A stretch of DNA of 64,000 bases from Phycisphaerales bacterium (GTDB lineage Bacteria > Planctomycetota > Phycisphaerae > Phycisphaerales > UBA1924): positions 265,323 through 329,322 of the forward strand of contig JBBRQY010000003.1 in assembly GCA_038225655.1 (NCBI GenBank). The letters run 5' to 3'. Shown here piece by piece: positions 1 through 8,340 of the stretch. The position numbers were made by a program, and so were the translations under genes. The notes beneath the pieces were generated by a model. It was not told where the DNA came from. It saw nothing but the letters and a program-made list of their open reading frames with translations, and did not search any database. The stretch's first letter is position 1; every line of letters begins with the position of its first letter.

Positions 1-449
1 GTGACACGCGCCACGCTGCTCGAAGGAACGTGCCCGGGCCACATCGGCTCGCGATTCGAGGCGAACTTTCCCTGCGACAGAAACATGATCTCATCCGCGC
101 GGCGCACCCGCGCCGATAGAACGTTCCGTTCGGCGGTCAGATACACGCCCTTCACCGCGTTGGGATTCGTCGGATCCTCGATGCGCTTCTCCCGGATCAC
201 CAGCGGCCCATCCCGCGTTGCCGCCGCAAGGTCCCGGCGAATCTGCCGCTCCAGCGACCCCGCCACCTCGCCGAAGTAGCTGATCTGCTTGCCGATCTTC
301 ACTGTCGCGCCCGTCGACGAGAACAGCTTGCCCAGCCCGACGGCGATCAGCGCCACCGCGCCCACGCAGATCAGCATTTCGATCAGCGTAAACGCCCGCA
401 TCAGCCGACCAGCGCTCACCATTCGACCTTGCACGTTTCTTGCGTTCAT
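1..449 (-). CDS. pseudopilin-like protein with prepilin-type N-terminal motif (3' end cut by window edge)
   Basis: Not in the ORF track because it runs off the window. Manual translation from ATG 449-447 gives MNARNVQGRMVSAGRLMRAFTLIEMLICVGAVALIAVGLGKLF... It has an 'FTLIEML' class-III signal plus a hydrophobic helix. ATGA start/stop overlap with the upstream gene at 446-449. Confidence 0.6.
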   Translation of the reverse strand, partial: MNARNVQGRMVSAGRLMRAFTLIEMLICVGAVALIAVGLGKLFSSTGATVKIGKQISYFGEVAGSLERQIRRDLAAATRDGPLVIREKRIEDPTNPNAVKGVYLTAERNVLSARVRRADEIMFLSQGKFASNREPMWPGHVPSSSVARV

Positions 450-1783
450 GGCTTGATCCCCTTGGCCACTTCCACCAGCGTGACCGACACCGGAATCTGC
501 GGCGTGAACGCCACCTGCCGGATCGCCCGTGTGGCGTATCCGCTGTTGTTCGAGTACACGTTGGTCTCACGACCGCCGGACGCCGCAGCGGAGCGTTCCT
601 GCGTCACGCTCTCCGGCACCGGCGGATCAATGCGGAGATAGTCCGCGCCCGCCACGCCGTCAAAGGTCTCGGAACCCGTCACGCCGGGCTCGTTTCCGTA
701 GCCCGTCACCGTGTACACGTTTCCCAGATTGTCCACGAGCTTCTGTCCCGGCTGCTTCATCTGCGCCCACATCAGGGCCAGCACATTCGCCGCGGGCTTC
801 TGCCCCGCCCACGCCGTGGAGACATACAAACGATCGCGCCGGCTCATCGCCGGGTTCGCGGGATTGAAGTAGAAGTCCACCTCGCAGGTTTTGATCCCGG
901 AATACCGCAGAGCGCCGAGGCCGTCCGTGCCATCAAGCGTCGGATTCCCGTTCATGTCCTCGCCCACGGGAAAGCGGCGGTCCGCCAAGATGACCGTACC
1001 GGAAACGTTCGTAATCGCATCAAGGATGGACGCGGCCGAACCCGCGGCGCGGAGCCGCTGATCGATCCGGCGCACAAACACCACCGCCCGAAGGTCATCC
1101 CAATCCGGCCGATGCGTGTGATCGAAGTCCGTCACGCGCTGCACCGCGAAGTCCCACACAAACTGCGGCTCCAACCCCCCGGTCGGAAACAGCCGCGCCG
1201 AGACCGGAAGGTCCACGCAGCCGAACACATCGACCGACGTGGGGTTCCCGTACTTCACCTTCGTCGCCGGTGAAACAGGCACCCCGTTGGTGATGTTCGG
1301 AAAGCCGATTTTCGCCGCCCCGGTCTGCAGATCGATCAGCGCGGTAAACCATTCACCCTGCCCGTATCGCTGGAAGCGATTGACGTTGCTCGAGTCGTAG
1401 CCGCGCCCCAATCCGTCCTGCGGCCGGATCGGCGGCACCAGCGTGTACCGCGAACCATCGCGCAGGACCGCCCACAACCATTCTGTTGGTGTCAACCCAT
1501 CAACCGTCACGGCCGATTGCAGCACCGGGTGCTTCGCCCCGCCGTTGCCCACCAGCCCGCTCCCCCACTCTGCTTCCGTCAGCATCGCCCGCGCGGAGTT
1601 GGATGCGGAGACGCCCGAAGTCGCATCCGCCCCCAGCCGCTGCTCACGGATGATCACCGGAAACAGCGCGCCCAGCCCCAGCACGCCGAGCGCAAGAATC
1701 AGAATGGAGATCAGGATCTCCACCAGCGTGAACGACGGAGCGGCCTTTGATCGTGGATTGATAGGAGCGGATTCCTGGCTCAT
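446..1783 (-). CDS. large pseudopilin-like protein (prepilin-type N-terminal cleavage/methylation domain)
   Basis: ORF track 445 aa. N-terminus '...SFTLVEILISILILALGVLGLGALF'. 4-nt overlaps with both neighbouring genes. Confidence 0.75.
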   Translation of the reverse strand: MSQESAPINPRSKAAPSFTLVEILISILILALGVLGLGALFPVIIREQRLGADATSGVSASNSARAMLTEAEWGSGLVGNGGAKHPVLQSAVTVDGLTPTEWLWAVLRDGSRYTLVPPIRPQDGLGRGYDSSNVNRFQRYGQGEWFTALIDLQTGAAKIGFPNITNGVPVSPATKVKYGNPTSVDVFGCVDLPVSARLFPTGGLEPQFVWDFAVQRVTDFDHTHRPDWDDLRAVVFVRRIDQRLRAAGSAASILDAITNVSGTVILADRRFPVGEDMNGNPTLDGTDGLGALRYSGIKTCEVDFYFNPANPAMSRRDRLYVSTAWAGQKPAANVLALMWAQMKQPGQKLVDNLGNVYTVTGYGNEPGVTGSETFDGVAGADYLRIDPPVPESVTQERSAAASGGRETNVYSNNSGYATRAIRQVAFTPQIPVSVTLVEVAKGIKP

Positions 1784-2967
1784 GGCTGCACCTCCATCGC
1801 GCGAAGCACGCCCGTCTGACGATCGATCGCGAACAGCTTCGCCTCCGGATGGTCCGGAGTGCCACCCGTGTCTGTCGCACTCCGCACTACCGAGTCGAGA
1901 TTCGTATCGCCCTCAATGTACCTATTGATGTTGAGCACAACCGTCTCCGCGGAAGACGGCGGCCCGACGTACGTCGGTGTGTAGCTTGTGTAGTCCGGCT
2001 GCCCCGCCCCGGTCAGCGGCGGCCCCTGATAGATGCTCCCAGTGTCGCGATCAATCGACATGCCCAAAACGCCCGCGAGCTTCTGCTCGTTGTACACCGC
2101 CAGTTGCATGACCGGCCGCGCCAGCACCATGTCCGAAGACAGCCGACCCAGAATCTTCCTCTTGTTGTCAGCGCCCCCGGTGGTCACCGGCTTGGAGAGC
2201 CACGTCCGCACGAACTTCACAGGATCTTCCATGCCGTCGCGGTTGGCCAGCGGTTCGATGTTGAACGGCGCAGAACCGCGCCCTTGTGCGCTGTTTCGTG
2301 GCGAGAGTACCAATGCGGGCTCCGTATTCGATCCCACCAGCGCACCCGTGCCCGCTTGGAATCGCACCATGAATGTCGAGCGCTGATACCCATCGTCGGC
2401 GGCATCCACACGGAAGAAACCAGTCTCAGGAAAGACCCAGTTTCGCTGCTGCACCGCCGTAGCGCTCGTATTTGTCGTATTGCCCAGCGAGTACCACACA
2501 TCGTTGAACGCATTCGCCGAGACATACGCCCGAACCATCCAGTTCCGCGGCAGCAGCACCGGCGAGTATCCCGGCGCGGCCGCGAAAATCTCCCGCCGAA
2601 CCGTGTCCGTCGTGCTTGCCGAAGTTGCCGCCCCGATATTCGCCCAATCCGTAATCTCCCCCACCTTCAAGCACGGCAGAATCGAAATCCGCCCGCCCGG
2701 TTCAAAGAAAAACACCGCCGCGCCATCCGCCCCGCCGTTGGAGCGCAGCGCCACATCCCGCGCCGCCCGCACCGCGTTCCGCACGTGCGTCTCGGCCATT
2801 CCCTCCTCGGAGGAGTAGATCATCGACTGAAAGCTCGGCACCGCGATCAGAACCAGAATCACGATCAGCGTGATCACCACCAGCAGTTCCGTCACCGTGA
2901 ACGCCGCCGCACGAGCCCACGCGTGATTCCTGACGCCACCCCGCGACAACACTTGGATGATGTTCAT
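1780..2967 (-). CDS. large pseudopilin-like protein (prepilin-type N-terminal domain)
   Basis: ORF track 395 aa. N-terminus '...AAAFTVTELLVVITLIVILVLIAVPSF'. ATGA overlap at 1780-1783. Confidence 0.75.
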   Translation of the reverse strand: MNIIQVLSRGGVRNHAWARAAAFTVTELLVVITLIVILVLIAVPSFQSMIYSSEEGMAETHVRNAVRAARDVALRSNGGADGAAVFFFEPGGRISILPCLKVGEITDWANIGAATSASTTDTVRREIFAAAPGYSPVLLPRNWMVRAYVSANAFNDVWYSLGNTTNTSATAVQQRNWVFPETGFFRVDAADDGYQRSTFMVRFQAGTGALVGSNTEPALVLSPRNSAQGRGSAPFNIEPLANRDGMEDPVKFVRTWLSKPVTTGGADNKRKILGRLSSDMVLARPVMQLAVYNEQKLAGVLGMSIDRDTGSIYQGPPLTGAGQPDYTSYTPTYVGPPSSAETVVLNINRYIEGDTNLDSVVRSATDTGGTPDHPEAKLFAIDRQTGVLRAMEVQP

Positions 2968-3797
2968 CGTCCCACCTCCATGATGTTGTCGTCAAGAGTC
3001 GAAAAGTTCTGATCCGGGCCGGGCGACACAATCGCATACTCCGCCGTCCGAAGCTCCGAGTTCAGCGGCGGGAGCGTGTTGTTTGCATTCCCGCCGATCT
3101 CTACGGGGATGTTCCAATAGTGAACCTGCCCCGCCTTCGGGTCGCCGACCGGGTAGTACTCCGGCTTCCACCGGTAATAGCGGATCGACACCGGATTTCC
3201 CAGGTCGCTCCACCGGTCCAGAATCACGCATTGCGTGCCCGGCGTGGTCGTGCCGAGCCCAGGAATAAGCAGGCGCGGCACACCGAGCCGCGTCTTTTGC
3301 TGAGTCAGATCCACCAGCGGATCAAACTTCCGCCCATGCTTCGTGAACTGCCCGCTGCGATCCGGCGCTGTGTACCCGAGCCCGTCGATCCCGTCGGACT
3401 TCTTGTCCAGCACACCGACAAGGTAGTACGTAAGCGACAACTCGCTCCATCGCAAACCGCCATGAACGGTCGACATGGAATCGGCGAGGTCCGTCGGGCT
3501 CCAGACTTGAATGAACCCTGTCGCGAGATCTACAGGTGCCCCCGGGCCATCAATCACCAGTGGCGGCAAAAACCCATTCTTCTGCTTGAAATCATCCACC
3601 GCTTTCTGCAGCGTCGTCACCAGTGCATGCTCGGCCGCAACATCCCCCTTTCGGCGAACCTTGCCGATCGCCAGCAGCAGAATCCCTGCGAGCAGCGCGA
3701 TGATCCCGATCACGATCGTCGCCTCGATGATCGTGAAGCCGCGTGCGATGCGACCCGGCTCTCCCGGCCGGGCACTGGTGGTTCTGGCTTTCCTCAC
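2964..3797 (-). CDS. pseudopilin-like protein (prepilin-type N-terminal domain), GTG start
   Basis: The track ORF 2964..4367 is over-extended into gspF. GTG at 3797-3795 overlaps the gspF TGA (GTGA) and gives VRKARTTSARPGEPGRIARGFTIIEATIVIGIIALLAGILLLAIG... Confidence 0.7.
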   Translation of the reverse strand: MRKARTTSARPGEPGRIARGFTIIEATIVIGIIALLAGILLLAIGKVRRKGDVAAEHALVTTLQKAVDDFKQKNGFLPPLVIDGPGAPVDLATGFIQVWSPTDLADSMSTVHGGLRWSELSLTYYLVGVLDKKSDGIDGLGYTAPDRSGQFTKHGRKFDPLVDLTQQKTRLGVPRLLIPGLGTTTPGTQCVILDRWSDLGNPVSIRYYRWKPEYYPVGDPKAGQVHYWNIPVEIGGNANNTLPPLNSELRTAEYAIVSPGPDQNFSTLDDNIMEVGR

Positions 3798-5089
3798 ACC
3801 GCACCTCCCTGCTGCAAGGACTCGATCATCGCCACCAGCGGCAGGAACATCGCCACAACGATCGTGCCGACCATGCCGCCCAGGAAGACGATCAGCAGCG
3901 GTTCGATCAGCTTGATCATCCCGCCGACGGCCACGTCCACCTCTTCGTCGTAGTTGTCCGCGATCTTCAGGAGCATCACGTCCATGTCGCCCGTCTCCTC
4001 GCCGACGTCGATCATGTTCACCACGATCGCGTCGCAGACCTTGCTCTCCCGCAACGGGCCGGCGAAACTTTCGCCCTCGCGGATGGAATCGTGCACCTTC
4101 GTCAGGGCCTTCTCGAAGACGTAGTTGCCCGCGGTGTCGCGGGTAATGAGGATCGCCTCCAGGATCGGCACGCCCGCCGAGATCAGCGTGCCCAGCGTGC
4201 GGCTGAACCGCGCCGTGATCGTCTTGCGCACCAACTGGCCGACGATCGGCATCCAGAAGATCAGCGTGTCCAGCGCGGCCCGGCCGGGAGGGGCCTTCCG
4301 CGCCAGCTTGAAGAATGCCCAGATAATCAGCGGCGAGAACACGATGAACACCCACCCGGGAATCCACTGCCCCACCTGGTTGCCCGCCACCCAGCGGCTG
4401 ACCGTGATCAGGAACCGTGTCAGCACCGGCAGCGCAACGCCGAAGTCCTTGAAGATTTCCTCAAACTTCGGAATGATGAACACCATGATGAACGTCAAGA
4501 TCGCCACCGCGATGATCACGACCGCCACGGGGTAGATCATCGCCGCGCGAATCTTCCGGCGCAGCGACTGCGCCTTCTCCATGAACTCGGCCAATCGCTG
4601 CAGGATGATGTCCAGCACGCCGCCGACCTCGCCCGCGGCCACCATCTTCGTGTACAACCGGTTGAACGCCTTGGGGTGCTTGGCCATCGCGTCGGACAAG
4701 CTCGTGCCGCCCTCCACGTCCTCGCAGACGCCCTGCAGCACCGTCTTCAACTTGCCCGGCTTGAGCTGCCCCTCGAGAATCTGCAGCGAGCGAAGCAGCG
4801 GCAGACCCGCGTCCTGCAGGGTCGAGAGCTGACGCGTGAACAGCGTCAGGTGCTTCGCCTTCACCCCGCCAATCGAGAAGCCGATTTCCTTCTTCTTCTT
4901 GGACTTCTTCTGGTCCTCGCCCGAAGTGGCCGCGGCCTTAGCCGCCTTGTTCTTCTGCTCGCGCACCGAAGTCGGGAAGTTTCCCTGGCTCTTGATGCGC
5001 TGGATCGCCTCTTCGGTGGACGCCGCCTCCACGGTCCCCTTCTGGGGCTTGCCCGCCGCGTTGAGCGCCTCGTACATGAACGTAGCCAT
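3794..5089 (-). CDS. gspF: type II secretion / type IV pilus platform protein GspF/PilC family
   Basis: 431 aa. Two T2SSF-like repeats and three TM segments. 'LSTLQDAGLPLLRSLQIL', 'FSRTLGTLISAGVPILEAI'. Confidence 0.9.
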   Translation of the reverse strand: MATFMYEALNAAGKPQKGTVEAASTEEAIQRIKSQGNFPTSVREQKNKAAKAAATSGEDQKKSKKKKEIGFSIGGVKAKHLTLFTRQLSTLQDAGLPLLRSLQILEGQLKPGKLKTVLQGVCEDVEGGTSLSDAMAKHPKAFNRLYTKMVAAGEVGGVLDIILQRLAEFMEKAQSLRRKIRAAMIYPVAVVIIAVAILTFIMVFIIPKFEEIFKDFGVALPVLTRFLITVSRWVAGNQVGQWIPGWVFIVFSPLIIWAFFKLARKAPPGRAALDTLIFWMPIVGQLVRKTITARFSRTLGTLISAGVPILEAILITRDTAGNYVFEKALTKVHDSIREGESFAGPLRESKVCDAIVVNMIDVGEETGDMDVMLLKIADNYDEEVDVAVGGMIKLIEPLLIVFLGGMVGTIVVAMFLPLVAMIESLQQGGAV

Positions 5090-5159
5090 CGTGCAATCTC
5101 CGCTAAGAGGAGCGTGTCAATCCAGTCATCCCCATCCGCCTCCCCACTCCGTCACCGCT

Positions 5160-6896
5160 TTATCCTTCTTCAGCAATCGTCTCGCGCACCACCTCGTCGA
5201 TGGTCGTCAACCCGTCGTAGATCGCCAGCAACCCGGACTCGCGCAGCGTCCGCATCCCGAACTTCCGCGACGTATCCCGCAGCACGTTCGTTGACGCCTT
5301 CTTCATGACTTGGTCACGCAGCGTGTCGTTCATCGGCATGATCTCGAAGATCGCCAGTCGACCCTTGTACCCCGACCCGTGGCAGTTCTCGCATCCCTTG
5401 CCGCGGAACAGTTTCCTCCCGCCGATGTCCTCGTGCGTCAGCCCAAGTTCCATCAACTCTTCTTCGCGCGGCTCGTACTGCTCCCGGCACTTCGGGCAGA
5501 TCGTCCGCACCAGCCGCTGCGCCACGATGCCCTCGATCGTCGCCGTCAGCAGGAAGCTCTCGAGCCCCAGGTCCAGCAATCGCAGGATCGAACTCGGCGC
5601 ATCGTTCGTGTGCAGCGTGCTCAGCACAAGGTGCCCCGTCAGCGATGCCTGCACCGCGATGTTCCCCGTCTCCAAGTCGCGGATCTCGCCCACCAGAATG
5701 ATGTCCGGGTCCTGACGCAGGAACGAGCGCAGCAGCCGCGCAAACGTCGTCTCCGTCTCCACATTCACCTGGCACTGGCAGAGCCCGTCGATGTCGTATT
5801 CAACCGGATCCTCCGCCGTGAGGATCTTGGTCTCCATGTCGTTCAGTTCGGCAAGCGCGGCGTACAACGTCGTGGTCTTGCCGCTACCCGTCGGCCCGGT
5901 CACGATCACGATCCCGTTGGGCCGGTTGATCAGCCGCCGGAAGTTCGCCAGCTCATCCTCGCGCAGACCGATCCGGTCCAGCTTCAACTGCACGTTCGAC
6001 CGGTCCAGCACACGCATCACCACGCTCTCGCCGTGCATCGTCGGCAGAACGCTCACACGCATGTCCACCGGAGACCCGCCCACGTTCAACTCGATGCGGC
6101 CGTCCTGCGGCAGGCGGCGCTCCGCAATGTCCAGATTCGCCATGACCTTCACGCGGCTTGTGATCGCCGGCCCCAGGTGCTTCGGCGGCGGCGTCATTTC
6201 GTACAGCACGCCGTCGATGCGATACCGCATCTTGAACTCGCGCTCGAACGGCTCGAAGTGGATATCCGATGCCCGGTCCTTGATCGCCTGCAGCAGCACC
6301 AGATTCAGCAGCTTGACAACCTTGTTGTCCTCCGCCGCCTCGCTCAGCGTGTCCAGATCGATCGATGCGTTGGACTTCCCGGCCAGCCCCTTGAACTTGT
6401 CGTCCGCCGCCAGGTCCTTCACCACGTCCTGAACGGACTCGCCCTTCGAGTAGTACTTCTTGATCAGGGCTTCAATCTGCCCCCCATCCGCCACCACCGC
6501 CTCAACCGTGAACCCCATCAGCAGCCGAAGGTCGTCCACCGCCCGGAAGTTGTCCGGAGACTTCATCGCGATCTTCAGCCGCTTCGAGCGCGGGTTGTAC
6601 TCAACCGGCACAACCTGGTACGACTGCGCCGTCTCCGCGGCGATCGAATCCCGAACCTCATCGGTCATGTTGAAGCCGGCCAGCTCGATGTACCCCATCC
6701 CCGCCTGACCAGCCAGCGCCTCGGAGACATCCCGCGCCGTGCAGTACCCCAGCTCGATCAGGATCTGCCCGATCTGCGCCTTGCGCGTCTTCTGTACGGC
6801 CAGCCCCTCGTGCACCTGCTCGCGCGTGGTCTTGCCAAGCTTCGTCAGCACGCGCCCAAGCTTCTTACCTTTAAGTTCAGCGGGATCGACTGCCAT
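5160..6896 (-). CDS. gspE: GspE/PilB-family secretion ATPase
   Basis: 578 aa. N-terminal MshEN/GspE_N-like domain, Walker A 'GPTGSGKTTTLYA', 'ILVGEIRD', and the C-terminal tetracysteine CPKC...CENC. Confidence 0.9.
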   Translation of the reverse strand: MAVDPAELKGKKLGRVLTKLGKTTREQVHEGLAVQKTRKAQIGQILIELGYCTARDVSEALAGQAGMGYIELAGFNMTDEVRDSIAAETAQSYQVVPVEYNPRSKRLKIAMKSPDNFRAVDDLRLLMGFTVEAVVADGGQIEALIKKYYSKGESVQDVVKDLAADDKFKGLAGKSNASIDLDTLSEAAEDNKVVKLLNLVLLQAIKDRASDIHFEPFEREFKMRYRIDGVLYEMTPPPKHLGPAITSRVKVMANLDIAERRLPQDGRIELNVGGSPVDMRVSVLPTMHGESVVMRVLDRSNVQLKLDRIGLREDELANFRRLINRPNGIVIVTGPTGSGKTTTLYAALAELNDMETKILTAEDPVEYDIDGLCQCQVNVETETTFARLLRSFLRQDPDIILVGEIRDLETGNIAVQASLTGHLVLSTLHTNDAPSSILRLLDLGLESFLLTATIEGIVAQRLVRTICPKCREQYEPREEELMELGLTHEDIGGRKLFRGKGCENCHGSGYKGRLAIFEIMPMNDTLRDQVMKKASTNVLRDTSRKFGMRTLRESGLLAIYDGLTTIDEVVRETIAEEG

Positions 6897-7008
6897 TCGT
6901 CCAAAGCCCTCCTACTGAACACTTCCGCAGCTCGCCCCACCCCATTCCAAACGCGCCCTATACCACGGTATACGAAGAGTTCGAGCGCAGCACAAGCACT
7001 GTTCCATG

Positions 7009-7031
7009 AAAACAGCCGCATAATGCGGCTG
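7009..7031 (-). terminator. rho-independent terminator candidate downstream of pilT
   Basis: Perfect 8-bp stem CAGCCGCA/TGCGGCTG (7013-7020 / 7024-7031) with a 3-nt loop, followed on the minus strand by TTTT (7012-7009). Confidence 0.5.
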
Positions 7032-7137
7032 TAGTCGTTTCGACATGTTGTTTTCGGAACATCTATCGGCCGGGGTCCCGACCTTTTTCTCGCCCGGGAG
7101 CGAGCCGATTCGGCTCAGTCTCCCTGGCCCATTCCAG

Positions 7138-8283
7138 TCAGGCCCCTGGCTTTGCCGGCTTGGTCTCCGCACCGTCGCTGTCATCGATGTCCCACTCCGC
7201 CCGCCCGATCGTTCGTCCCAGACGGTGGACCTTGTCCCGCAGGTCTCCCGGATTCTTGCTCTTGTCGATCATCTCCTCAGCAGCGATCATGCCGCGGGAG
7301 TAGAGCGACCAGAGGTGGTCGTCCAGCAACTGCATGCCGAACCGCTTGCCGGTCTGAATCGAAGAGTCAATTCGAAACGACTTATTGTCGCGGATCAGGT
7401 TGGCGATGGCAGGGGTAACCACGAGGAACTCATACCCGGCCACCATGCCAGGCTGATCGATCCTGGTGAGCAGCACCTGGGACAGAATGCAGATCAGGGC
7501 CGTGGACAACTGCACACGAATCTGGTTCTGCTGCTGTTGGGGGAAGGCGTCCACGATACGGTCAATGGTCTTAGCCGCACCCGTGGTGTGCAGCGTGCCG
7601 AAAACCAAGTGGCCGGTTTCGGCCGCACGAACCGCCGCCTCGATCGTCTCAAGGTCTCGCATTTCACCGACCAGGATCACGTCCGGGTCCGACCGGAGCA
7701 CACGCCGAAGGGCCTCGGCGAACGACGGCACGTCGCTCCCCACTTCACGCTGGTTCACGATCGACTTCTTGTGGAAGTGGTAATACTCGATCGGGTCTTC
7801 CATCGTCACGATGTGCCGCTCGAGATTCATGTTCACATAATCGATCATCGTCGCCAGCGAGGTCGTCTTGCCCGAGCCCGTGGGCCCGGTCACCAGGAAC
7901 ATCCCTCGGGGACGGCGGATCAGATCCTTGCACATGTCCGGCAGACCGATCTGCTCGAATGTCAGCAGCCGATTCGGAATCTGCCGGCACACAATCGCCA
8001 GATCACCACGCTGCCGGAAGACCGACACACGGAAGCGAGCCGCGTCCCCGTAAGCAAAGCCGAAGTCGCAGCCCCCCTCCTCCTGCAGCTCCTGTTGAGC
8101 TTTTTCGCTTGTGATCGCCTTCATCAGCGACACCATGTCGTCCGAGTCCAGCACCTTGGTCTGCAGATTGCGCAACCCGCCGTGCAATCGCAACGTCGGC
8201 GGCCGACCCACCGTCAGGTGCAAGTCCGAAGCGCCGAGCTTGATCACGGTGTCGAGCAGACGGTCGATCTGGATACTGGACAT
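7138..8283 (-). CDS. pilT: twitching-motility retraction ATPase PilT
   Basis: 381 aa. 'MSSIQIDRLLDTVIKLGASDLHL', Walker A 'GPTGSGKTTSLATMID', 'ILVGEMRD'. Confidence 0.9.
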   Translation of the reverse strand: MSSIQIDRLLDTVIKLGASDLHLTVGRPPTLRLHGGLRNLQTKVLDSDDMVSLMKAITSEKAQQELQEEGGCDFGFAYGDAARFRVSVFRQRGDLAIVCRQIPNRLLTFEQIGLPDMCKDLIRRPRGMFLVTGPTGSGKTTSLATMIDYVNMNLERHIVTMEDPIEYYHFHKKSIVNQREVGSDVPSFAEALRRVLRSDPDVILVGEMRDLETIEAAVRAAETGHLVFGTLHTTGAAKTIDRIVDAFPQQQQNQIRVQLSTALICILSQVLLTRIDQPGMVAGYEFLVVTPAIANLIRDNKSFRIDSSIQTGKRFGMQLLDDHLWSLYSRGMIAAEEMIDKSKNPGDLRDKVHRLGRTIGRAEWDIDDSDGAETKPAKPGA

Positions 8284-8340
8284 GTGTGCTTCCGAAAATC
8301 AGGGTCTGGTTCGTGTGGAATGTACTCGGTCGTGGAGCGG

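Noticed and set aside
2964-4367. 467-aa version of the fourth pseudopilin ORF
   Set aside because: The upstream 190 codons overlap gspF out of frame and are Arg/Gly/Asp junk. The GTG at 3797 gives a canonical prepilin N-terminus and a GTGA coupling overlap.
3743-7034. Long plus-strand ORFs (3743..5308, 521 aa; 5310..7034, 574 aa) opposite gspF/gspE
   Set aside because: They are Arg/His/Pro/Gln-rich, low-complexity translations lying antisense to genes with clear family motifs. These are typical shadow ORFs of high-GC DNA. The same applies to 13524..15866(+), 21399..23072(-), 25487..27700(+), 48191..49633(-), 50740..52113(-), 56921..58201(+) and many shorter ones.
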